Positions 57,047-64,000 of a stretch of DNA of 64,000 bases are shown piece after piece; the first letter of the stretch is position 1; each line of letters starts with the position of its first letter. The position numbers and the translations under genes were made by a program. Source of the DNA: Candidatus Krumholzibacteriia bacterium (lineage in GTDB: Bacteria; Krumholzibacteriota; Krumholzibacteriia; JAJRXK01); the NCBI GenBank assembly GCA_041484665.1, contig JBGPIA010000003.1:1-64000 (forward strand), written 5' to 3'. The notes under the pieces are model-generated. The model did not search any database, was not told where the DNA came from, and was given only the letters and a program-made list of their open reading frames with translations.

Positions 57047-57886
57047 CTATGTGCTTGAATCACATGGAGTTAGAGACCAACCCCGCCGCAAACATTCTAG
57101 GGAGCCGCGCAACGGGGTGTCAAGGCCAACTTCCCGCGGTGCGCGGCTCGCCCCGCCCAACGCAAGGCCCGCCACTGGGTTGCCGCGAGCGCCCAGGATC
57201 CTCAGCGCGGCCTGCGCGGTGGCCCCGGTGGTGATCTGATCCTCCACCAGCACCAAGGGACGGTCGCGCGGGATCTCCGCGAGATTGCCCGCGGAGAACA
57301 TCCCATCGACGTTGCGCCAGCGCTGCAGCGGATCGCGCAGACGGGCCTGCGGCGGCGCCGCTCGCCTGCGGCGCAGCAGATCGCCGCGCAGCGGGCAGCC
57401 CGCGCGACGCGCCAGCGCCGACGCAATGAGGCGCGCGGGACTGAAGCCGCGCTCGCGCAGGCGCAACGGGTCGTCGGGTGCGGGCACCAACACGGCCTGG
57501 GCCGTGAGCCAGCCAGCGCGCACGCCGGCGTGGGCGAGCGTAACGGCGAGCTGCGTCAACAGCGCGCTGCGCCCGCCGTACTTCGCCGCGTGCAGCAGCG
57601 CGAAGAGCGCCGGGGAGTCGGCGTACGCCCAGCGCAGGGGAGCGCCCGCGTGCAGCGCCCGCGGCCACCCCGGCGCGAACGTGGCGCGTGGCAGCGCGCG
57701 CAGGCAGCATCGGTGCAGCAGCGGCGACGGGGCCCGTCCCCGGCTGCACACCACCCCGGGCTGCCCCAGCTCGATCCACTGCTCGCACACGGGACACTGA
57801 GCGGGCCACAGCAGGTCCAGGGCCGTGCCGCCTAACGCCAGCGCCTGCGCGCGCAGCGCGCGCCAGCAGGGCGTGCGCCTGGCCAT
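57047..57886 (-). CDS. ComF family protein (PRT domain)
   Basis: DLLWP..CPVC, KYGG, ERGF, R.RNV...F, LVEDQITTGAT. Confidence 0.85.
   Translation of the reverse strand: MARRTPCWRALRAQALALGGTALDLLWPAQCPVCEQWIELGQPGVVCSRGRAPSPLLHRCCLRALPRATFAPGWPRALHAGAPLRWAYADSPALFALLHAAKYGGRSALLTQLAVTLAHAGVRAGWLTAQAVLVPAPDDPLRLRERGFSPARLIASALARRAGCPLRGDLLRRRRAAPPQARLRDPLQRWRNVDGMFSAGNLAEIPRDRPLVLVEDQITTGATAQAALRILGARGNPVAGLALGGASRAPREVGLDTPLRGSLECLRRGWSLTPCDSST
57094..57123 (-). promoter_or_regulatory. putative pgk-tpiA promoter inside the 3' end of comF
   Basis: TTGACA-18-TAGAAT. Confidence 0.55.
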
Positions 57887-57996
57887 CAACACACCTCACG
57901 ACGGGAGGCTGGACTCCAAGCGGCCAGCGCTGGCGGGCGCAACCGCGATCATCCAGCGCCGGGAGACACTGCTCCTTGCGTCCAGCCCCGGCCCAC

Positions 57997-58872
57997 TCAA
58001 TCCCAGGAGCGGCCGAGGCTCGCGGCCATGGCCTGCAACGGCGGCTCCCCACCCAGCCAGAGCGAGAAGGCGAGTGCCGCTTGCGCGATCAGCATCGGGA
58101 TCCCATCCATCACCGGGCAGCCCCGCCGGGACGCCGCGCGCAGCAGCTGCGACGGGACCACACTGTAGGTGAGGTCCACGACCAGCGCCCCCGCGCGCAG
58201 CTGCGCCACGTCCACCGGTGACGGGTCGTCCACCCGCAATCCGAGCGGCGTCGCCTGGATGACAAGCGCCGCGTCGCGCAGCACCGGATCATCCAGCGGT
58301 CCCACGCGCGCGCCGCGCTGCGCGGCCCAGCCCGCCGCGTCGGGGCGGCGCGCCAGGACCGCGATCGAGTGCGCGTTCAGCTCCTGGAGCGCGGCCACCG
58401 CGGCGCGGGCCGCGCCGCCGGCTCCCACCACGACCGCTGGCTGCGTCCGCGTGGGCGCGACCGCCGCCCACGGTGTCCGCCGCAGCGCCATCGCCAGGCC
58501 CGCTGCGTCGGTATTGTGCGCCCGCCAGCCGCCCTGCGCACGCGCCAACGTGTTGGCTGCGCCCACGACCTGCGCGCTGGCGTCACAGCCCACGGCCAGC
58601 GTCAGCGCGGCCAGTTTGTGCGGCACGGTGACGTTGAGGCCCAAGAGGCCAGCGGCGTGGGCGTGCGCAAGACATTCGGCCAGGTTGGCGGCAACAACCT
58701 GCACGGCGGCGTACGACGCGTCGTGACCGCGAGAGGCTAGCGCGGCGGCGAACAAGCGCGGGCTGAGACTGTGCGCGACCGGGTCCCCGAGCAACGCGAG
58801 CTTCGGCCACGGCGCATCGCGCCGGCCATCGGCCGTCCGCAGTCGGCCCGCGCGATACTGCAGGGGTTTCAC
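57997..58872 (-). CDS. aroE: Shikimate dehydrogenase
   Basis: GDPVAHSLSP, NVTVPHK, AANT, NTD, GAGGAARA, DLTY. Confidence 0.94.
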   Translation of the reverse strand: MKPLQYRAGRLRTADGRRDAPWPKLALLGDPVAHSLSPRLFAAALASRGHDASYAAVQVVAANLAECLAHAHAAGLLGLNVTVPHKLAALTLAVGCDASAQVVGAANTLARAQGGWRAHNTDAAGLAMALRRTPWAAVAPTRTQPAVVVGAGGAARAAVAALQELNAHSIAVLARRPDAAGWAAQRGARVGPLDDPVLRDAALVIQATPLGLRVDDPSPVDVAQLRAGALVVDLTYSVVPSQLLRAASRRGCPVMDGIPMLIAQAALAFSLWLGGEPPLQAMAASLGRSWD

Positions 58873-60206
58873 CGCCCGCTGACGGTGAGGCCGTCCACCA
58901 GCAGGCTGGGGCAACCGACGTTGGCGTCGAACCAGAGGTCGCTGCCCACCTCCACGATACGCTGCAGCAGCTCCAGCAGGTTGCCCGCGACGGTCATCTC
59001 CCCCACCGGGTACGCGCGCCGACCACCCTCGATCCAATGACCGACCAGGCCCAGGCTGAAATCCAGGGTGACCGCGTTGGCCGTGTGCAGCCCCATCAGG
59101 TCCTGGATCTCAAACCCGCGCGCGATCTGCGTGCGCAGCGCGTCCAGGGCGCGGCGTCCCGGCAGCAGCACGAGGTTGGTGGGGGCGACGCGCACGGCGG
59201 CGGCGAAGTCGTCGCGCGCGGCGTTGGCGGTGACGGCGACCCCCATGCGTCGCGCGGAGTAGCTGCTGTGGAGCAGGCTGCGCAGCTCGCCGTCCTCGAC
59301 CAGGGGCGTGGCCCGGGCGGGCACGCCCTCCGCGTCGAAGGGCATCCCGCCGATCCCGCCCGCGTGGAACGGATCGTCAACGATGCGCACGAGGGGCGCG
59401 GCGACCCGTTGTCCCACACGCCCGGCCAGCGGGCTGCTCCCCAGCAGGCACTCCTCCGCCGACAACGGCACGGCCAACAGGGAGAGCAGCGCCGTGGCGG
59501 CCACCGGGTCCAACAGCACCGGTCCCTTGAAAGTCTCTGCCTGCCGGCTGCCCAGCAACTCGACGGCGTGGCGCGCCGCTGCGCGCCCGACCCCCAAGGC
59601 ATCGAGTCCGCCCGCTCCGCGCGCGTGCGCCGCGTGGTGCCCGGTGCGCTCATCGCCACCGCCCGCCGCCACGACCTCCACGGCCAACGACGCCGCGCTC
59701 GCCTCCCCGGCCGCGCGCACTCCCCGGCTGTTCACCACGACCTGCGCCGCCAGCACGTCCTCGTAGGTCGCCGCCTCGCACTTGGCGACGCGTGGATCGG
59801 CCGCGAATGCAGCCTCCTCCGCCGCGCGTGCCAGCGCCACGCGTCGCACGTCGGGCAGATCGCGCAGGGCGGCCTCGCAAAACGCGCCGTCGGGCGGAAG
59901 CTGGGGCGCGGGCTCGGCCAGCACCGAGGCCTCCCGCGGCTCGGCGACGGCCGCCACGGCGGCAGCCCGCTGCAGAGCCGCAGCGATCCCGGCCTCGCTC
60001 AGGTCGGTGGTGAAGGCCGTCCCGACGCGGCCGCCACGCTCCAGACGCAGACCCAGCCCGCGCCGCACCGCGCGCGAGAACGACTCCACCTCGCCTCGAT
60101 GCACCTGCACGCGCGTCTGCTCCGTGCGCTGCAGGAAGGCTTCCGCGCCGTAGCTCTGCGCCTGCGCGCCGCGCACGGCCGTCTCGGCGATCTGCAGATC
60201 GTCCAT
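58869..60206 (-). CDS. pmbA: TldD/PmbA family protein (PmbA/TldE type)
   Basis: GLGLRL, DDP, FDAEG, TANA.R, DFS, AGN; no HExxH. Confidence 0.9.
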   Translation of the reverse strand: MDDLQIAETAVRGAQAQSYGAEAFLQRTEQTRVQVHRGEVESFSRAVRRGLGLRLERGGRVGTAFTTDLSEAGIAAALQRAAAVAAVAEPREASVLAEPAPQLPPDGAFCEAALRDLPDVRRVALARAAEEAAFAADPRVAKCEAATYEDVLAAQVVVNSRGVRAAGEASAASLAVEVVAAGGGDERTGHHAAHARGAGGLDALGVGRAAARHAVELLGSRQAETFKGPVLLDPVAATALLSLLAVPLSAEECLLGSSPLAGRVGQRVAAPLVRIVDDPFHAGGIGGMPFDAEGVPARATPLVEDGELRSLLHSSYSARRMGVAVTANAARDDFAAAVRVAPTNLVLLPGRRALDALRTQIARGFEIQDLMGLHTANAVTLDFSLGLVGHWIEGGRRAYPVGEMTVAGNLLELLQRIVEVGSDLWFDANVGCPSLLVDGLTVSGR

Positions 60207-60263
60207 CGTCCTCCCACTCCGGACGGCGTGGAGGAGGCTCGCACGTCGCCCGCGCCGGGCGAC

Positions 60264-61535
60264 TCAGACCTCCGACCAGCGTGCCGACACGTTCAAGAGC
60301 AGCCCCATCATGATGCAGCTGGAGAGCATGGAGCTGCCCCCGTAGCTGATCAACGGCAACGGCATGCCCGTGATGGGCAACAGCCCCGCCGTGATGGAGA
60401 TGTTCACGCACGACTGGAAGGCGAAGTAGGTGGCCACTCCCACCGCCAGCAGGCTGGCGAACGGCCGCTTGGCCTTCATGCCAATCTGCAGCGCCCGGTA
60501 GACCAGCAGCACGAACAGCGCGACCACCAGCAGCGCGCCGACCAGCCCCAGCTCCTCGCCCACCACCGAGAAGATGAAATCGGTGTGGCGCTCGGGCAAG
60601 AAGGCCAGCCCCTTCTGGCTCCCGTGGAGATACCCCTTGCCGAACAGCCCGCCGGAGCCGATGGCCACCTTGCTCTGGAAGATCTGGTAGCCGGAGCCCA
60701 GGCGGTCTGCCTCCTCCCCGGCCAGGAAGGTGAGCACGCGCTGCTGCTGGTACGGTTTGAGGTGTTCCCACACCAGCGGCACGCTGAGGCCGGTGACCAG
60801 ATTGGAGAAGACCAGCACCAGGCTTTGCAGCATGTACAGCCGCGAGAAGAACACGGCCAGCAAGAGCAGTAGCACGTAGAGCACCCAGGGCCAGGTGCTG
60901 TGCAGGACGTTCTCGCCGTAGAACATCACGACCGCCCCCAGCGCGGGCGAGATGATGGCCAAGAGCAGCAGCAAGCTGGCGCCGACCCACAGCAACATGG
61001 GAGCGGCCAGCGCCAGAAACACCAGAGATGTCCCCAGATCGGGCTCCTTGAGCGTGAGCAGGAAGGGCGGCACCGTCAGCAGCAGCGCCCCGCCCACGAG
61101 CAGGATGGGGCGGCTGCCGCGCCGCATGGCCAGGAAGCGCGCCAGGGCGAAGATCGTCGCGGCCTTGGTGAACTCCGAGGGCTGCAGCGAGAAAAGCCCC
61201 AGATCGATCCAGCGGCGGCTGCCCAACCGCTCCACGCCGAACAGCAGCACCGCCAGCAGCGCCAGCAGCGCGAGCCCATAGAGCGGGAAGGCCAGGGTCT
61301 CGAAGAAGCGGAACGGCACCAACAGGCACACCACTGCCGCGGCCACGCCGACGGCGACCCACAGCAGCTGATTGCGGAAGGTGCCGGGCCCCACGTTGCT
61401 GCGCAGCCCCTCCGATCCTCCGGGCAGCCCCACCGCGCAGCTGTAGACGATGGCCAGGCCGATGGCGATCAGCAGCAGCCACGCCAGGATCGCCGGCGCG
61501 TCGGTGCGGCCCAGGAGCTGCGTGAAGCGCCTCAT
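60264..61535 (-). CDS. rodA: Rod shape-determining protein RodA
   Basis: RWI, QPSEFTK, EPDLGT, GYQIFQS, LPERHTDFIF, GMPLPLISYGGS. Confidence 0.96.
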   Translation of the reverse strand: MRRFTQLLGRTDAPAILAWLLLIAIGLAIVYSCAVGLPGGSEGLRSNVGPGTFRNQLLWVAVGVAAAVVCLLVPFRFFETLAFPLYGLALLALLAVLLFGVERLGSRRWIDLGLFSLQPSEFTKAATIFALARFLAMRRGSRPILLVGGALLLTVPPFLLTLKEPDLGTSLVFLALAAPMLLWVGASLLLLLAIISPALGAVVMFYGENVLHSTWPWVLYVLLLLLAVFFSRLYMLQSLVLVFSNLVTGLSVPLVWEHLKPYQQQRVLTFLAGEEADRLGSGYQIFQSKVAIGSGGLFGKGYLHGSQKGLAFLPERHTDFIFSVVGEELGLVGALLVVALFVLLVYRALQIGMKAKRPFASLLAVGVATYFAFQSCVNISITAGLLPITGMPLPLISYGGSSMLSSCIMMGLLLNVSARWSEV

Positions 61536-63343
61536 CCCTTCACCCCCGTAGCACGGGCGAGCGAGTCGGCATGCGTGGCGGTCTGCCACGTGAAGTAGGT
61601 GGTGAGGAGCTTGCCCACGATCGGAGCGGCGACGGAGCCGCCGTGCCCGGCGTTCTCCACGATCACGGCCACGGCGACCTCGGGGTGCTCGCTGGGCGCG
61701 TAGGCGACGAACCAGGCGTGGTCCTGGCCGTGGGGATTCTGCGCCGTGCCGGTCTTCCCGGACACCTCGATCCCCTCCACGCGTGCGAGGCTGCCGGTGC
61801 CCTGTTCGCCGGCCACGGCCTGGCGCATGGAGAGCTTGAGGAAATCGAGCACCTCCTGCGAGCAGACCGTCTCCGCCGACCGGCGTACCTGGCGTACCTC
61901 GCGCACGCCGAACACATTTTCGCGCGCGAGCACGATGTTGGGCCGGTAGAGATATCCGTCGCCGCCAACCGCGGCGTAGGTTCGCGCCAGCTGCAATGGA
62001 GTGACCAGCAGCTCGCCTTGCCCGATGGCGTTGTTGAGCATCACGCCGGGACCCCAGCCGCGCCGGCCCAGCTTCTCGTCGTAGTAGCTGGTGGTGGGCA
62101 CCAGGCCGGGCGACTCCCCGGCGAGCTCGATCCCGGTGCGGGCGGCCAGCCCGAAGCGCGCCGCGGTCTCGGCCAGCTCGTCGGGGGTGAGCAGTTGGCC
62201 CACCTGGTAGAAGTACACGTCGCAACTCTGGGCGATGGCCCCCAGCAGGTCGAGGCTGCCGTGACCCTCCGGCTTCCAGCAACGGAAGAAGCGGTTGCCG
62301 AATTGCAGGCCCCCGTGGCACGGGTGCATGCGCGTCAAGGGCGTGATGCGACGGCGCTCCAGCGCCGCGGCCGCCGTGATGAGCTTGTAAGTGCTACCGG
62401 GAGGGTAACCGCCCTGGAAGATGCGGTTGAACAGCGGGTGCTTGAGATCGTCGTTGAGGGCGACCCAGCGCGGCGCGCTGATCCCGCCGGTGAACTCGTT
62501 GGGGTCGAACGAGGGCGAACTCGCGGCGGCCAGGATGTCCCCCGTCGCAACCTCGATCACCACGCCGGCGCCCACTCGCCCCGCCAGCAGGTGCTCCAGC
62601 TCGGACTGCATGGGCTGGCTGATGGTGAGATAGAGGCGTACACCCGGGACCGATGGGATGTTCCCCTCGGGCAGCTCGCCCACCACGTGGCCGGCCGCGT
62701 TGACCTCCACGACCTTGCGCCCGTGGCGCCCGCGCAGCTGCTCCTCGGCCAAGGCTTCCACCCCGGCGCGGCCGATCATGTCCCCGGGGCCATAGAGGGC
62801 GTTGGCCCCCTCGCCCTGCGTCTCGTCGGAGCGCACCTCGCCCACGTAGCCCAGCAGGTGCGCCGCAAGCGGCCCGAAGCGATAGGTGCGTCGTGGCTGC
62901 ACTTCCAGCTGTACGTCGGGGAGCATCGTGCGGTGCTCTTCCACCTTTGCGATCTGCACGGGATCTGCGTGCCGCACGATGGTGACGCGGCCGTCCTCCG
63001 CGCCCCGCTCGAGTCGCTCTACGATCTGGGCGTCGTCGAGCTCCAGTAGCTGCTGCAGCGACGAAAGCGTCGCATCGCCCACACGGGCGTGCCGGCGCGC
63101 GATGGTGACCCGGGCCTGGTACTCGTTCTCGGCCAGCGGCACGCCATTGCGGTCGCAGATCGCGCCCCGCGGCGCCAGCACCCGCGTGCGGTACTGGCGG
63201 TTCTCTCTGGCGAGGGAGGCGTAGCGCTCCCCCTCGACCAGCTGCAGAGAGATCAGGGCGATCACGATCAGCAGATACCAGGCGCCGATCACCCCCATCA
63301 GCACGCGGCGGCGCAGCGGGGGAATCTCCTCACTAACTGCCAA
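61532..63343 (-). CDS. mrdA: Penicillin-binding protein 2
   Basis: APRGAICDR, YPPGSTYK, SCDVYFY, IGQG, KTGTAQ. TTG start inferred. Confidence 0.96.
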   Translation of the reverse strand: MAVSEEIPPLRRRVLMGVIGAWYLLIVIALISLQLVEGERYASLARENRQYRTRVLAPRGAICDRNGVPLAENEYQARVTIARRHARVGDATLSSLQQLLELDDAQIVERLERGAEDGRVTIVRHADPVQIAKVEEHRTMLPDVQLEVQPRRTYRFGPLAAHLLGYVGEVRSDETQGEGANALYGPGDMIGRAGVEALAEEQLRGRHGRKVVEVNAAGHVVGELPEGNIPSVPGVRLYLTISQPMQSELEHLLAGRVGAGVVIEVATGDILAAASSPSFDPNEFTGGISAPRWVALNDDLKHPLFNRIFQGGYPPGSTYKLITAAAALERRRITPLTRMHPCHGGLQFGNRFFRCWKPEGHGSLDLLGAIAQSCDVYFYQVGQLLTPDELAETAARFGLAARTGIELAGESPGLVPTTSYYDEKLGRRGWGPGVMLNNAIGQGELLVTPLQLARTYAAVGGDGYLYRPNIVLARENVFGVREVRQVRRSAETVCSQEVLDFLKLSMRQAVAGEQGTGSLARVEGIEVSGKTGTAQNPHGQDHAWFVAYAPSEHPEVAVAVIVENAGHGGSVAAPIVGKLLTTYFTWQTATHADSLARATGVKG

Positions 63344-63845
63344 GCCTGCCCTCCCGCCGGGCCATGAGCCCTCCGCCGCCCCCGATGGCCGAAGCGACCA
63401 CGGCGATGAGCCCGCCGGCCAGCGCCGTGTAGATGGCCGTGGGGATGGCGATGGTGAAGTACATGGAGAAGAAACGGGGAAGCGACAGATGCGTGTAGGC
63501 CAACAAGAAAATCGCGTCGTGCACGAGCACCGACAAGCCCAGCAGCACCGCCAACAGCACAAGGCTCTCGGCCACCAGCTGCTGGGAGAGCTTCCCGATC
63601 CCGAAGCCCAGCACTGACTTGGCCAGGCACTGCATGCCCAACGTGTGGGGTTGCAGCAGCCCCTCGAGCAGGCCGATGCAGAAGCCCAGGACCGTACCGA
63701 AAACCGGGCCGCGGCGCTGGGCCAGGAACACCAGTAGCAGCAGCGCCAGGTCGGGGCGGATGCCCCACAGATCGATGCGGTTGACCAGCGCCACTTGCGC
63801 GACGAGCGTCAGGAGCACGGCGAGCACCAGCCGGATGCCGCTCAT
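63333..63845 (-). CDS. mreD: Rod shape-determining protein MreD
   Basis: Hydrophobic protein, PDL motif, G...GF..GL; upstream of mrdA. Confidence 0.92.
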   Translation of the reverse strand: MSGIRLVLAVLLTLVAQVALVNRIDLWGIRPDLALLLLVFLAQRRGPVFGTVLGFCIGLLEGLLQPHTLGMQCLAKSVLGFGIGKLSQQLVAESLVLLAVLLGLSVLVHDAIFLLAYTHLSLPRFFSMYFTIAIPTAIYTALAGGLIAVVASAIGGGGGLMARREGRLGS

Positions 63846-64000
63846 GGGACGACACGCGGCGGAGGGTCCGTCCGGTCCGCCGCCGGCGACCGCGGCGTCG
63901 CGCTTTGCGCCTTCGAGGGCGGCGTGGCCCCCGACGCCCGCGGCTGTGGCTCGGCGGCGTACCAGGGCCCGGGCCGCGTCACCACGTAGACCTGCGACAG
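63842..64000 (-). CDS. mreC: MreC, C-terminal fragment (truncated by window end)
   Basis: Open frame LSQVYVV...VVP* whose stop overlaps the mreD ATG; synteny. Confidence 0.7.
   Translation of the reverse strand: MSQVYVVTRPGPWYAAEPQPRASGATPPSKAQSATPRSPAADRTDPPPRVVP

Overview
High-GC bacterial chromosomal window, mostly core genome. Gene content suggests an FCB-group candidate lineage such as Krumholzibacteriota, Latescibacterota or Eisenbacteria: long S16, a FlgD/T9SS-like C-terminal domain, a 'FGAVKALYR' C-terminal motif and mreCD-mrdA-rodA. This assignment is inference only. Contents in order: 5' part of a 16S rRNA gene with its promoters, tyrS, PBP1A, cdd-deoC-pdp, rarA-pfkA, an atypical YchF, several hypothetical envelope genes, a 2098-aa multi-helicase-like fusion behind leuS, an HDOD-SpoIIE-STAS-patatin cluster, a large S8 protease, the ffh-rpsP-khpA-rimM-trmD-rplS-rnhB-yraN operon, the EF-G2-yebC-ruvCAB-queA-tgt-yajC-def-fmt-rsmB-PASTA-rpe run, a beta-barrel gene, a tiny K/R-rich protein, a complete group IIC intron inserted behind the tRNA-Leu terminator, secG-tpiA-pgk and comF-aroE-pmbA-rodA-mrdA-mreD-mreC'. 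The strongest novelty candidate is the 2098-aa protein. By eye it reads as pseudo-exonuclease, pseudo-DinG (Fe-S cysteines kept), pseudo-RecQ (Zn ribbon) and a UvrD-like module, with an intact Walker A only in the last. Other leads are a possible C-terminal sorting signal, an encapsulation-peptide-like DeoC extension and a protamine-like protein with a structured leader. All calls come from manual motif reading, and no database searches were run.
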